DNA of 58,346 bases from an uncultured virus (IMG/VR IMGVR_UViG_3300044639_001309) (IMGVR_UViG_3300044639_001309:62001-120346), one strand, 5' to 3'. Positions 17,988 to 27,934 are shown, numbered from the stretch's first letter. Program-made: numbers and translations. Notes: generated by a model from the sequence alone, not told the origin.

Positions 17988-18455
17988 TTAGGCCAACTTG
18001 AAGCCTGGGTTAGTAACAAGTGTACCTGCAACGCTAACACCAGTTACAGTACCGTCTGATGCTGTAATTTGAACGTTGCCAAGAGCTTGCAATTGTGTCT
18101 GCAAGTCTGCGGCAGTATAAGCGCCACTTGGGTAAACAGCATAGCTGATTTGACCTGTGTTGTCGCCTTCTACTTGGTAGATAGCAATAGTAGCTGTAGT
18201 CTGGATTGACTGGTTGAGTTGAACAACAACACCTGGGTTGAATACTGTGCCGCCGCCACTGTAGTTACCCAGTTGTGGACGTAGGTCAATTGCACTTGCT
18301 GAGCCGTCTTTAACTAGAACTTTGAAAAAGTCTAGTTTTGGACCTTGCATCTGCACTAGTGCATCAGCTGAAATTGTGCCAGTTTGTGAACCGTTGTTGA
18401 TGTCTAACGCAAATACCGGTTGCGCAGTACCGTTGAATGGTGGAAAATATGCCAT
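17988..18455 (-). CDS. putative abundant virion structural protein
   Basis: TAAATA promoter, TAAGGAG RBS and own terminator; beta-rich composition. Confidence 0.7.
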   Translation of the reverse strand: MAYFPPFNGTAQPVFALDINNGSQTGTISADALVQMQGPKLDFFKVLVKDGSASAIDLRPQLGNYSGGGTVFNPGVVVQLNQSIQTTATIAIYQVEGDNTGQISYAVYPSGAYTAADLQTQLQALGNVQITASDGTVTGVSVAGTLVTNPGFKLA

Positions 18456-18524
18456 TTTAAAATCTCCTTATGTTTGTGGCCTTGTTGGGCCTGCTTTTAT
18501 TTATGTCGATTCAGAAAAAATGGC

Positions 18525-20477
18525 TTATCTGGGATTGTTTTGTTGGGCGTTCCCAGCTGAAAAAACTCCACGGTTTACCAGCTTGACCAGTCCGTGCGGG
18601 GTGTTGACTACAAACCCTTCGCCTTCGGCTTTACCAGCTGTGGTTTGTTTTAATCCATTGACTTGTTGTTCAAGCTGTTGTGCCATGCCAAGCTTGGCAT
18701 TATAAATGCCATCCCAAATTTGTTGTAGGCCTGTGTATGCAGGACTAGGGACAATTTTACCTGCTCGATCTAAAGTGAACAATTTGCCTGGCAGGTTGTC
18801 AGTTTTAGCATTGTATTGTCCTTGAACATCCGGATTGCCAGCCACTAACTCAGCATATTGTTTGCCGCTGGTATTGACTTTGAGCCAGTTGTGTAGGCTC
18901 AGCGTTGTGCCGCCAATGATGCGCTGATTGAAGTAGGTTTGAATTCTCTGTCTGACAGAGCCAGGAAGCGAGTTCAACAATTCGTCTACTGCTGTGCCGT
19001 ATGCGGATACTGCTTTTTTGGCCGCCGAAAGATTGGGCTTAGACAGTTTGAATTTTGTACCCAGGGTCGGTGTTAATATAGCCACTCCACCCGGTACATT
19101 CTCTAATCCTTGTCCGTCCCATACTTGTGCTGTTTTATCACCCAGCTTGTTAAAGTGTTGATGCACAACAATGCCTCCCGACTTGCCATTGATAATTTGC
19201 CCTTCGGGGCTGTTGGCTGGAATAGAATATTGAACCAAATTGGGTCTGAACTGATATTCACCGCTGGTGGGTGTTAGCTGGCCTGCCCACAACAAATCGC
19301 CCCAGTAAAATCCTGAACCTTTAGTAGCCGCATCTAGACCTGGCCAAATAGCTTTTAACTTAGGATATAAATCTGTTCTTAAATTGCCACTTTTCTTTTG
19401 TTGATCGTATTTGATCCAATCTTCAGGGCTTTGTGCGGCATAGCCAGCGTCGAACATGTACTTGTCCATTATAGACAGACGTCCATTGGGCAAGCGCCCA
19501 AAGACCAATGCAGGTTTACCGTCCCATTTGATTGTGATATTTTTGTCATTGCTAGCGGCAGCTTCTAGGCCTTGTATGGCTCGAGATGCGGCTTGGCTAT
19601 TGCCCATAAAGAAAGCATCTTCGGGGTGCGGAATTCTTGGATCTTTCTTGGCAGGCATTGTTGTGTCGGCTTCAACCAAGGGTTGCATGCCTTGATTAAC
19701 AATTCTGTCACGAAGTTTTGCAATAAAACTTACATCACTTTCTTGCACTTGCCCTGGCTCTTGAAGGCCGTCCCTAGCTAGGTATTCTCTAAAGTCCTGT
19801 AACTTGGCTTCACGGTCAGGATCTTTAGACAATGCGGCATAGATATTTTCAACTGTGGCTAGATCTTTGGCAGTAGCTGTGGGGCCAAGTAAACTTTTTG
19901 CCGCTTGATCAGGATCCAGAGTTAACACATTTTCTGTGGCACGACTAATGATTCCTTTGGCACTGGCCTTGAGTCCCAATGCTTTGGCCACGCTACTCAT
20001 CAAGACATTTCTATACATGCCTTTGTATTCTGAACCGGCGCCTCCACCTAACCAAAAAGTACCCCAATTGAGATTGGGCATTAACATAAAGTCCGTTTGC
20101 ACAAATCCTTTTGTTGGGTCTCCTGCAATAGGAGTTTTAAAATGTACTGCTTCGCCGCTTAATTTTACCCATTCTTTTGGGTCTTGTTTCATTTTAATAA
20201 TGAACTGGTCTAGATTTGCTTTTAACTGTGGTTTACTGATTTCGTTGCTATCAACTGCAAGGTCCAGGTCTCCGGATGTGGGTTTTTTTCCTGTACTGCC
20301 CAACCAGCGTCGCGGATATCCAGTGGATGGATCTTTGTCGTCGCTTAGATCAAGACCTGTGACTCCTTCTAACCATTTAATGGTTGCTGGAACATCACCT
20401 TGACTAATACGCTGTGTTAATGGCTGACCCTGTGCATCTTTAAACACGTTGCCGCCTTCTAGCAACCTGTTGATCAT
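18525..20477 (-). CDS. two-domain protein: Pol-beta-type nucleotidyltransferase plus ligase-like (KxDG) nucleotidyltransferase
   Basis: LGSTGKK.TSGDLDLAVD and VQTDFM in the N-domain; ITIKWDG, YWGDL, EGEGFVV and LVKLV in the C-domain. Confidence 0.7.
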   Translation of the reverse strand: MINRLLEGGNVFKDAQGQPLTQRISQGDVPATIKWLEGVTGLDLSDDKDPSTGYPRRWLGSTGKKPTSGDLDLAVDSNEISKPQLKANLDQFIIKMKQDPKEWVKLSGEAVHFKTPIAGDPTKGFVQTDFMLMPNLNWGTFWLGGGAGSEYKGMYRNVLMSSVAKALGLKASAKGIISRATENVLTLDPDQAAKSLLGPTATAKDLATVENIYAALSKDPDREAKLQDFREYLARDGLQEPGQVQESDVSFIAKLRDRIVNQGMQPLVEADTTMPAKKDPRIPHPEDAFFMGNSQAASRAIQGLEAAASNDKNITIKWDGKPALVFGRLPNGRLSIMDKYMFDAGYAAQSPEDWIKYDQQKKSGNLRTDLYPKLKAIWPGLDAATKGSGFYWGDLLWAGQLTPTSGEYQFRPNLVQYSIPANSPEGQIINGKSGGIVVHQHFNKLGDKTAQVWDGQGLENVPGGVAILTPTLGTKFKLSKPNLSAAKKAVSAYGTAVDELLNSLPGSVRQRIQTYFNQRIIGGTTLSLHNWLKVNTSGKQYAELVAGNPDVQGQYNAKTDNLPGKLFTLDRAGKIVPSPAYTGLQQIWDGIYNAKLGMAQQLEQQVNGLKQTTAGKAEGEGFVVNTPHGLVKLVNRGVFSAGNAQQNNPR

Positions 20478-21472
20478 TTTTTACCTTTAGATTCAACCAC
20501 TGTTGTTTTTTTCTTTTTCTTGACTCTACTCTCTTTTAAGTCAGTACCTCCTGTGCGCATCCACATATTTCGTATGGCTGATCTCACAGCTGGAGAGCCA
20601 GTGGATCCATCAGCATCTGCAAACTCATCAAACATCTTGGTAATCTTTTCTGCAAACTCATTTGAATTTGGTTTTACTGGTGCTGCCGGGGCAGACGCAG
20701 GAGTTGCCGTTGGAGTTGTGCCGCTTGCCATTTGTTGCTGTGCGGTACCGGCGGCAGCGGTTTGCTTTTGTTGTCTAATTTGTGCAGGTGTTTGTGCTGG
20801 TGTAGTAGTTGGATTAGGCGCCATTTGTTGTTGTGCAGTGGTGGCAGCGGACGCTTGCTTTTGTTGTCTAATTTGTGCAGGTGTTGGTTGAGCAGGCGTT
20901 GCCGGAGTAGTAGCTGTTGTTGGTGTTGCTGGAGTAGTAGCCGGTGGCGTTGCTGGAGTAGTAGCTGTTGTTGGAGTAGTAGCTGTTGTTGGTGTTGTTG
21001 CTGGTGGCTTTGCAGGATTATTTCCGCCGCGTTGACCTTTGGGTTGTCTTTGTTGCATACGTGCGGCACTAGTTCTAACTGCCAACGACTGAAATGCCGC
21101 AGGTAACTCCTTGGGAGTATTTTTCTTAGATGCAACATACTGAATGGCTTGATCTACACGGGCTTTGCTGGTTGGGTCAAGTTGATTCATTTGACCACCT
21201 AGCATAACTTTGTTAACAAAATCAGTAAGGTTAGCAGTATATTCCTGATCACTAATGGGTTGTCCCATATTAGCACGTTGCAGATTTACAGTTTTGTTAA
21301 TCCAATTTTGAGAGGCAACTTGTGCTAACTTTTTCATTGACTCGTCGTTTTGCATGGCTTTGATTTTTTGATCGTAGCTCATGTTTGCCAATGCAGGATC
21401 ACGGCTCACAGCCGCTTTTAAATAATCCATAACACCTGCTTCGGTAAGTTTTGTTAGCTCATGAATCTGCAT
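20474..21472 (-). CDS. head-associated protein with Pro/Thr/Ala/Gln low-complexity repeats
   Basis: MQIHELTKLTEAG start; TTPATP and PAQIRQQKQ repeats. Confidence 0.75.
   Translation of the reverse strand: MQIHELTKLTEAGVMDYLKAAVSRDPALANMSYDQKIKAMQNDESMKKLAQVASQNWINKTVNLQRANMGQPISDQEYTANLTDFVNKVMLGGQMNQLDPTSKARVDQAIQYVASKKNTPKELPAAFQSLAVRTSAARMQQRQPKGQRGGNNPAKPPATTPTTATTPTTATTPATPPATTPATPTTATTPATPAQPTPAQIRQQKQASAATTAQQQMAPNPTTTPAQTPAQIRQQKQTAAAGTAQQQMASGTTPTATPASAPAAPVKPNSNEFAEKITKMFDEFADADGSTGSPAVRSAIRNMWMRTGGTDLKESRVKKKKKTTVVESKGKK
20728..20992. repeat. intragenic repeats: ~93-bp-period duplication plus short ggagtagtagc repeats
   Basis: 31-nt identity ttgcttttgttgtctaatttgtgcaggtgtt at 20762-20792 and 20855-20885; repeated ggagtagtagc units in ~20904-20992. 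Confidence 0.9.
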
Positions 21473-21719
21473 TTGTTCTTCTCACTGTTCTAGTAAATTT
21501 ACTTGGGTCTTTGTCCCGCATAGCATTGAACAGTTTACGAATTAGATTTTCTGACTGCTCAGGCGTAAATGATGACTCGATTTGTTCAATCAATCTTATA
21601 GCAGATGCTATAACATGGTCAGCTCGGCTTTCAATGATATAGCGTTTATCCTGATCTTTATGTCGATCATTGTATAAACCATCTAATTCTTCAAGAATGC
21701 TACGTGTTTTCTTTTGCAT
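21459..21719 (-). CDS. conserved small phage protein
   Basis: 86 aa, TAAATA upstream (21743-21748). Confidence 0.75.
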   Translation of the reverse strand: MQKKTRSILEELDGLYNDRHKDQDKRYIIESRADHVIASAIRLIEQIESSFTPEQSENLIRKLFNAMRDKDPSKFTRTVRRTNADS

Positions 21720-21782
21720 AATTTGCTCAGGACCTTTGATATTATTTATTTGATTATAACATAGTTTGTCTGTAAATACAAT

Positions 21783-22844
21783 ATGGATACATTTTGCGTA
21801 TTACCGTGGTTTAGTAAAGAAATTGATTATAACAATAACAAAACACCCTGTTGTTTATTGCCCAAGAATCACAATCTTGAAGAAATTAAAAAAGATTTAT
21901 TATCTGGTCAAAGATCATCTGCTTGTCAAAAATGCTGGTCATTGGAAGATCAAGGTTTAAAAAGTGATCGTCAGGTTAAAAACAAATCTTTAGATTTTTA
22001 TTGGGATAAAGACTTAACAAAAATCATACAAGATGCCACACACGGTATTACTCCTACCCGCATACTAAAATTAACAACCAGTTACACCTGTAATGCTACC
22101 TGTGTAAGCTGTGGCGCCGGAGCCAGTAGTAGTTGGGCACAACTCGATCGTCAGACAGACCCAACTATACCAATTAAAAAATACAAATTCATTGACATAG
22201 AAAAAATCAAACAAGATGTAGATTTTAAAGAATTAAAAATGCTAAGTTTGCTAGGTGGTGAACCGCTGTACGAAAAGAAAAACTTCGAATTATTAGAACA
22301 TTTAATTGATACAGGTAACGATCAACTATTTGTAAGTATGATAACAAACGGAAGTGTTGTACTGTCAGATAAACAAAAAAGAATACTGTCAAAATTTAAA
22401 AATCTTAATTTTTCTCTCAGTATCGACGGAGTCGGACCTGTGTTCGAGTATCTCAGATTTCCATTGAAATGGGACCAGCTGAACCAAAATCTTCAATTCT
22501 TTAAAGAAATTTCAAAAAATGTTAGTTCAAATTACACATTAAGTAACTTGAATGTGCTGTACCATAACCAAACAAAAAAATGGTTTGACCAAAATAATAT
22601 AGTATATTCTGTAAATCCAATTTATAATCCAAAATGGTTACAACCGAGAGCCTTGTCCGCAGACATCAAACAAGTGCTTAAAGAAAAGCTCAGACCAATG
22701 GACTATAACATGTTTGTGGGGGCAGTACACACAGACCAAGACCAACAAAATTTTAATTTAATGTTGGAAAATATCAAATTACAAGATTCTTCAAAGAATA
22801 TCTTAATCAAAGACTATCTGCCAGAACTTGTTAATTTGTTTTGA
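21783..22844 (+). CDS. radical SAM protein with N-terminal Cys-rich (twitch-like) region
   Basis: C..PW, PCC, CQKCW; CNATCVSC (CX3CX2C); GGEP; SIDG. Confidence 0.9.
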   Translation: MDTFCVLPWFSKEIDYNNNKTPCCLLPKNHNLEEIKKDLLSGQRSSACQKCWSLEDQGLKSDRQVKNKSLDFYWDKDLTKIIQDATHGITPTRILKLTTSYTCNATCVSCGAGASSSWAQLDRQTDPTIPIKKYKFIDIEKIKQDVDFKELKMLSLLGGEPLYEKKNFELLEHLIDTGNDQLFVSMITNGSVVLSDKQKRILSKFKNLNFSLSIDGVGPVFEYLRFPLKWDQLNQNLQFFKEISKNVSSNYTLSNLNVLYHNQTKKWFDQNNIVYSVNPIYNPKWLQPRALSADIKQVLKEKLRPMDYNMFVGAVHTDQDQQNFNLMLENIKLQDSSKNILIKDYLPELVNLF

Positions 22845-22848
22845 TAAT

Positions 22849-23985
22849 TTAAGAAATTCTCAATGATTCTGCCAATGTTGGTAACTGATCTTTCCAGTTA
22901 ATATGTCGTCGAGCAGACAGTTCATCTAAGTACTCAACCCACAAGTCATTACCGTTGGCATTTAATAAGCTATTCTCAATGGCTGACCAGATGCCGTATT
23001 TTTTTATTTCAATTAATTGCGGTAATATGCATGTGGCAAGATTTTTACTGATAGTATTTAATTTTAGTACAGTTCCACCGTGGCTGATTGGGCCAGCCAT
23101 TTGAAAATTAAGACCTACTGGATCTCCTTGCGCATTGGTTGATAAATTAGTTTTTTGCCATGCAATTAATTTATCAACTTCTAAAATATTGTGGATGCCA
23201 ACTGTGCAAGTTATATCAATAATGATATTAAATGATTGCTGATTTATAAATTCAATAAAAGTTAAAATTTGCTCCCATTTGGCGGGCCAACGTATAAAAT
23301 CAAAAGCTTGAGTAGTTGCATCTATGCTAATAGAAATTCTCAGTAGTCCAACATTTTTCCAATAATCTAATACTTCGTCGTTGGGAATAATTGTTCCGTT
23401 GGTATTATAAGAAAGCTCAAGTTCTGATAACTGTCCTATCTCTCTTAGATGAGACAATATTTCTTTGTGATCAGAATTCATCAACGGTTCGCCTCCGTTA
23501 AAATATAATCTTTTAAGATGGCGCAAATCTAACGATTTCCAAAATTTATTATCTTTAAGATTGTTAATATATTTTTCTGACGACAGGTTGTTAAAACTAT
23601 AATTTAAAATTTCTTGACGCCAGCGACTGCTATACTTTGGGCCACAGGAAATACATGCAAGATTGCAAACATTTTCACTATTCCAATCTAGAGATATTAG
23701 TTTGTTGTCGGTATTATTATCTATCTGATTATTATCAAACCAATCAATCGAAGCATGCCTGCGACTGGGTGATCCAGTTTTTTCAATTCTCCAGCAATTG
23801 TTACATTGCGTCGGTTCTGAATTGTTTTTAAAATCGTGTTGTTTTTTTTCTATAGTTGAGCGAAGCTCTTCTATATTGGCCGGAATGTAAACAACCTGAT
23901 TTTGACAACAAAATCCCACACCGATTGTATTTTTAGATTTTTTCTCTATGTATAAACTTTTCCAAACATCCGGGCAGTATTTCAT
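22849..23985 (-). CDS. radical SAM protein, paralog of 21783-22844
   Basis: YCP, FCC, CNNCW; CNLACISC; GGEP; TNGT. Confidence 0.9.
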   Translation of the reverse strand: MKYCPDVWKSLYIEKKSKNTIGVGFCCQNQVVYIPANIEELRSTIEKKQHDFKNNSEPTQCNNCWRIEKTGSPSRRHASIDWFDNNQIDNNTDNKLISLDWNSENVCNLACISCGPKYSSRWRQEILNYSFNNLSSEKYINNLKDNKFWKSLDLRHLKRLYFNGGEPLMNSDHKEILSHLREIGQLSELELSYNTNGTIIPNDEVLDYWKNVGLLRISISIDATTQAFDFIRWPAKWEQILTFIEFINQQSFNIIIDITCTVGIHNILEVDKLIAWQKTNLSTNAQGDPVGLNFQMAGPISHGGTVLKLNTISKNLATCILPQLIEIKKYGIWSAIENSLLNANGNDLWVEYLDELSARRHINWKDQLPTLAESLRIS

Positions 23986-25424
23986 GACTGTTTAATTTGT
24001 CCCAACAGTTGTTTTAATTTGGCACTTTGCACATCAGCTGATACCTTAGGTGGTTGTTCCCATGCTGGTGTTCCTGTAGGCCTTTCCCATTTAGTTGATG
24101 ATGTGGTTTCAGCCGTATTGTCAGTTACTGTACTTTTTGTTTTGAATGAGTCCATGATACTAGGTTTTGCACCGCCACGGAAATTATCGTTGTCAGACAC
24201 TCCTGGGTCAGTAATACGCATGGTTTCAATGTTGTATTCCAAATCAATCTTTTGTCCTACGCCTGTAGAACTACGACTTTTCATACACTGGATCTGATAC
24301 TTGCCACGCTCTTTCATAGCACGTGACGTAAAGATACCAAACACGTTGTCAGCAGTATTAATCTTGGAAATACCACCTGAAATGTGCGAGTGATCAAACT
24401 CAATTTCTTCCACAGCACTACGATTCAACTGTGACGCTGTTACCATTAACATACCTAGCTCTTTGGCCAAGTTTCGTAGTTCTTCACTCACATACTTGTC
24501 TTTTACAAACAAATCGTTTGGACTGACCTTTGCACTAACAGGCATCAACAAGTCCAGATAGTCAATCATCATAAAGTCAATTTTGATACCTGTTTGTATC
24601 TGCACTTCTTTGACATAACTGCGGATATCATTAATGTTGCTCTGTGCCGGCAATGCCTTGACTCGATATTGACCAGATTTTTTACTGACCAGGCGAACCT
24701 TCATTGTAGTAGTGTCAATGTCTTTGCGGATGTCTTTGGTACTCATGCTGGTTAACATAGCATCTGTTCTTAAACTAGTAAGCTCTTCCGAAAGTTCTAG
24801 TGTAATGTATACTCCACTGAGACCTTGTTGCAACCAGTTTAATGCAATGTTCATCATCACAAGTGATTTGCCAGATCCTGATCCACCTGCAAAGATGTTT
24901 AGTTCACCGCGACTGAATCCACCATACAACAACTTGTCCAGTTGTGGCCATCCTGTTGACACTTGTCCACCTGAATTAAAGTATTTGTTGATGCGAGCCG
25001 CAGGATCAGCAAAGTAGTCTGTGCCCATGTCTTTGGTTAAACTAATCTGCACAGCATCTTTGATCAGTTTCTCAACTGGTTCAAACTCGCCTTTTTCTAA
25101 CAAGTCTGCTGATTTAAGAATAGCACGTTCAAGTTCCTGACGTTTAGTAAACAATTCAAACTCGCCCATGAACCAATCGTAATGACCTTCGTTCAAGTCC
25201 GGCACTGGTGCAAGTTTAACGCCTGTGGTGGCTGAAATCTGCAGCCTGTCTGGCATGGTCTTGTGCTTGTCTGAGTGTTCTTTAATGAACTCAGCCGCAG
25301 GTCTCAAACTCTTGTCAAAGTTTGCTGGGTTATAAATATTTTGAACACGCACATAACTCGATGCGTCTTCTAACATCATCTCTAGGAATAATCGTTGGAC
25401 ATCAAGTCCGTAATCTTTTAACAA
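23982..25424 (-). CDS. dnaB: replicative DNA helicase (DnaB/T4 gp41 family)
   Basis: GGSGSGKS Walker A, ITLELSE, IDYLDL, TASQLNR, KSR. Confidence 0.95.
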   Translation of the reverse strand: MLKDYGLDVQRLFLEMMLEDASSYVRVQNIYNPANFDKSLRPAAEFIKEHSDKHKTMPDRLQISATTGVKLAPVPDLNEGHYDWFMGEFELFTKRQELERAILKSADLLEKGEFEPVEKLIKDAVQISLTKDMGTDYFADPAARINKYFNSGGQVSTGWPQLDKLLYGGFSRGELNIFAGGSGSGKSLVMMNIALNWLQQGLSGVYITLELSEELTSLRTDAMLTSMSTKDIRKDIDTTTMKVRLVSKKSGQYRVKALPAQSNINDIRSYVKEVQIQTGIKIDFMMIDYLDLLMPVSAKVSPNDLFVKDKYVSEELRNLAKELGMLMVTASQLNRSAVEEIEFDHSHISGGISKINTADNVFGIFTSRAMKERGKYQIQCMKSRSSTGVGQKIDLEYNIETMRITDPGVSDNDNFRGGAKPSIMDSFKTKSTVTDNTAETTSSTKWERPTGTPAWEQPPKVSADVQSAKLKQLLGQIKQS

Positions 25425-26391
25425 GTTGCTTTTTCCTTATTTCAATTTTTATCTTACTGGTCTCTTTTGCTTGCATAATAGTTAGCAAGGCTCCTAACTT
25501 GCCCAACTTTATCACTGCATCATTAACGTCTTTACAGTCGTCTGGCCATGTAGGTATACTAACACTATATCCTAATTCTACAGCACGGTCAATCAGTTCT
25601 ACACCTGCTGTGTCTTGGTCCGGAACCACAACTACTTCCTTGCCCAAGCTACGTATCAGTCTAGCTTGACTGTCGCTGATGGTGTTGTGCATTAGTGCAA
25701 GGCCGCTAATGCTTAGTGCATCAAATATACCTTCTGTAACAATCACATACTGCCAGTCATTATGTTGTAGGTCTGTGCCAAATACATAGCCCGGTTGGCT
25801 ATGATTGATATACTTGGGAATCTTGTTATCTAAGAATCTAGCACACCAACCTATTACTTTGTTGTCGTATGTAAACGGTATCAACACATACGGTCTGGTC
25901 CAATGAACTCCATCAGTCTTGATAGAAGTCATTACAGGAAAATCTTCTGGCACGCCGCGATGGCGGATGTAGTCCCAGTATGTTGGAAATTCTGGAGTAA
26001 CTACTTCTGCGTAAGGCGGAAAGTCATCGGACTCACCAAACTCAATTGCGCTCAGTGTGTTGGATACTCGTTGTCTATCTTCTAAAATTCCGTGTATGTT
26101 GCGATGTCTTAGACTTTCAAGATTGAGCATTTCAATCTCGTTGTCCGGCACACCCATCCAACCTAGCAATCGTTTGGCTTTAAAACTTAAAGTACGCCCT
26201 AGTACAAAGCTAGCTGTGTAGCCGCAATTGAAGCAGTGGTAACTCCAACCTTGGTCGGTGACTTTGATGCCGCCTCGGCCACGTTTGTCTTGTGAGTTAC
26301 CATTATGGGTGCAACACACAGCATTAAAACTAGTCCAGCCCTGTGGACTAGTTTTTCTTTTAGCAGGCAGGTAATTGATTATGTCTATCAC
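25402..26391 (-). CDS. dnaG: DNA primase (Zn-binding plus TOPRIM, gp61-like)
   Basis: CC..H and YHCFNC Zn ligands; TEGIFDA, PDQD..G, KDVND; adjacent to helicase. Confidence 0.9.
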   Translation of the reverse strand: MIDIINYLPAKRKTSPQGWTSFNAVCCTHNGNSQDKRGRGGIKVTDQGWSYHCFNCGYTASFVLGRTLSFKAKRLLGWMGVPDNEIEMLNLESLRHRNIHGILEDRQRVSNTLSAIEFGESDDFPPYAEVVTPEFPTYWDYIRHRGVPEDFPVMTSIKTDGVHWTRPYVLIPFTYDNKVIGWCARFLDNKIPKYINHSQPGYVFGTDLQHNDWQYVIVTEGIFDALSISGLALMHNTISDSQARLIRSLGKEVVVVPDQDTAGVELIDRAVELGYSVSIPTWPDDCKDVNDAVIKLGKLGALLTIMQAKETSKIKIEIRKKQLVKRLRT

Positions 26392-27125
26392 TTAGACATT
26401 ATAACACAATCTATCTCTTGTTGCAACATATCTCGCAGTATTATGTGTCCGTTTTCATTAGGGTGGCCGCCCGGAAACGTTAATTCCATTTCGTTTGGAT
26501 GTCGTCGTAGCCAATGTACAAAATTAAATCCTGGCAATATCTTAGAAGGAACTGTAATTTCTTCTTGTGGCGGGCTTATGTCCCAGATCAACATTGGTAG
26601 ATTTCTTCTGGCTGCCACACCATCAAAAAAGTACAACGCTTGTTCGTAGTTTAGCATTGACAATGGATCACTTTCACTCAGTACCATGTATCGTTTAATC
26701 ATATCGGTCCATTCGCGAGTCACAGCACCGTCTTGGACTCCAGCATGTACCCACGAACTGTGAACAAATCTATCCCACGTAGGAGCATTAGGGTAAGTTT
26801 CATGACTAGGGTTATAAAAACTCATTCGACTACCTTCGGTTAATCCTACTAGAACAATACATTCTTCGGGACTGGGTTCGTTGCGTAACCACCACAAAAA
26901 AGTCCACATGGTGCTTTGTAAACTGCCGCCGGGTATGCCAAAGTTTTTTGTGGGCAATTGATAATGTCTACCAAGTAATCCCAGGAAGCATTTTCGTTCA
27001 CGATAAGACGTATTCTCTACTAGACTTGGATGCGCATCAGAATTGTGTTTTAACAACTCTGGATCAATTAACTCGTCGCCCCAGACCCAACTGTCCCCAA
27101 ATCCAACAATTTTTTTAAATTTCAT
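26388..27125 (-). CDS. SGNH/GDSL-like hydrolase or acyltransferase
   Basis: GFGDSW, NFGIPGGS, GHPNENGH. Confidence 0.7.
   Translation of the reverse strand: MKFKKIVGFGDSWVWGDELIDPELLKHNSDAHPSLVENTSYRERKCFLGLLGRHYQLPTKNFGIPGGSLQSTMWTFLWWLRNEPSPEECIVLVGLTEGSRMSFYNPSHETYPNAPTWDRFVHSSWVHAGVQDGAVTREWTDMIKRYMVLSESDPLSMLNYEQALYFFDGVAARRNLPMLIWDISPPQEEITVPSKILPGFNFVHWLRRHPNEMELTFPGGHPNENGHIILRDMLQQEIDCVIMSK
26398..26426 (-). promoter_or_regulatory. sigma70 promoter for primase, TTGCAA-N17-TATAAT with extended -10
   Basis: Lies within the 3' end of the upstream ORF, 6 nt before the primase GTG. Confidence 0.6.
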
Positions 27126-27913
27126 CGGTACTGTATTAAATCAATGTTCCCGTCGGACATGCCAAATGATAATCTTAGATAAGGATGATATCCTTCAACA
27201 TTGATACCCAATCTTTCAATTGCATGAATGAAGTTTATTTCTGAAACAGTATTACCTGTTTTTAAATCTTCAAAGTCCACGTCATACCACTCAACAGTAT
27301 TAGCTGTGGCATCTGATGACCCTTGTACTTGAAGTGTGCCAGTAAAGTCCACTGGATCAATTTGAAATGTAGTAATACGTGTACCATTTGTGGTAATTGT
27401 ACTGGTGTAATGGATAGAACTGTCAGGGGCTTGGCTTGGGATAGTTAATTCTTGGCTGGCAACAAAAGCTGGAAATACGCTGTCTACAATATCAATATTA
27501 CCACGGGCGCCGGCATAGTCGTCTGTGAATACTGCTTGATTTAAAACACCTGACGTAATTTCTAAACTCCAACTAGCGGGTTGTGCTTGGAAATATGTTG
27601 TCTCTTCGGCAGTGACAGTTACTTTAGCTCTGCCTGTTGGTGCATTAAGTGTCACAAGCTCTTTGGCATATAACAAATTTTCTCCGTTTTGACTAATCAT
27701 ACGGAACGTAAACGTTGCGCCTGTGATGTTTACAGGTTTTTGGTCCTGGTTTAGGAACTGGAATAAAATAACATTATCCACTCCTAAATTTAATTTTAAG
27801 TCTTTTGCGTACACTGGTTGCCACCTTCTATCAAAAGTTGAGCCAATGCCTGACGTGTCAATCAGAATTACCTGTTGGATTTGCTGATATAAATAGGCAG
27901 TGGTTGAATACAT
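27122..27913 (-). CDS. putative virion structural protein (baseplate-like beta-sandwich)
   Basis: MYSTTAYLY start with GGAG RBS and TAAATA; FQFLNQDQKPVNITG motif. Confidence 0.7.
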   Translation of the reverse strand: MYSTTAYLYQQIQQVILIDTSGIGSTFDRRWQPVYAKDLKLNLGVDNVILFQFLNQDQKPVNITGATFTFRMISQNGENLLYAKELVTLNAPTGRAKVTVTAEETTYFQAQPASWSLEITSGVLNQAVFTDDYAGARGNIDIVDSVFPAFVASQELTIPSQAPDSSIHYTSTITTNGTRITTFQIDPVDFTGTLQVQGSSDATANTVEWYDVDFEDLKTGNTVSEINFIHAIERLGINVEGYHPYLRLSFGMSDGNIDLIQYR

Positions 27914-27934
27914 TTGGATCTCCAACTAATATTT

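Noticed and set aside
20520..21138. Poly-Gln and Cys-rich alternative ORFs
   Set aside because: They are frame artefacts of the low-complexity repeat in 20474-21472.
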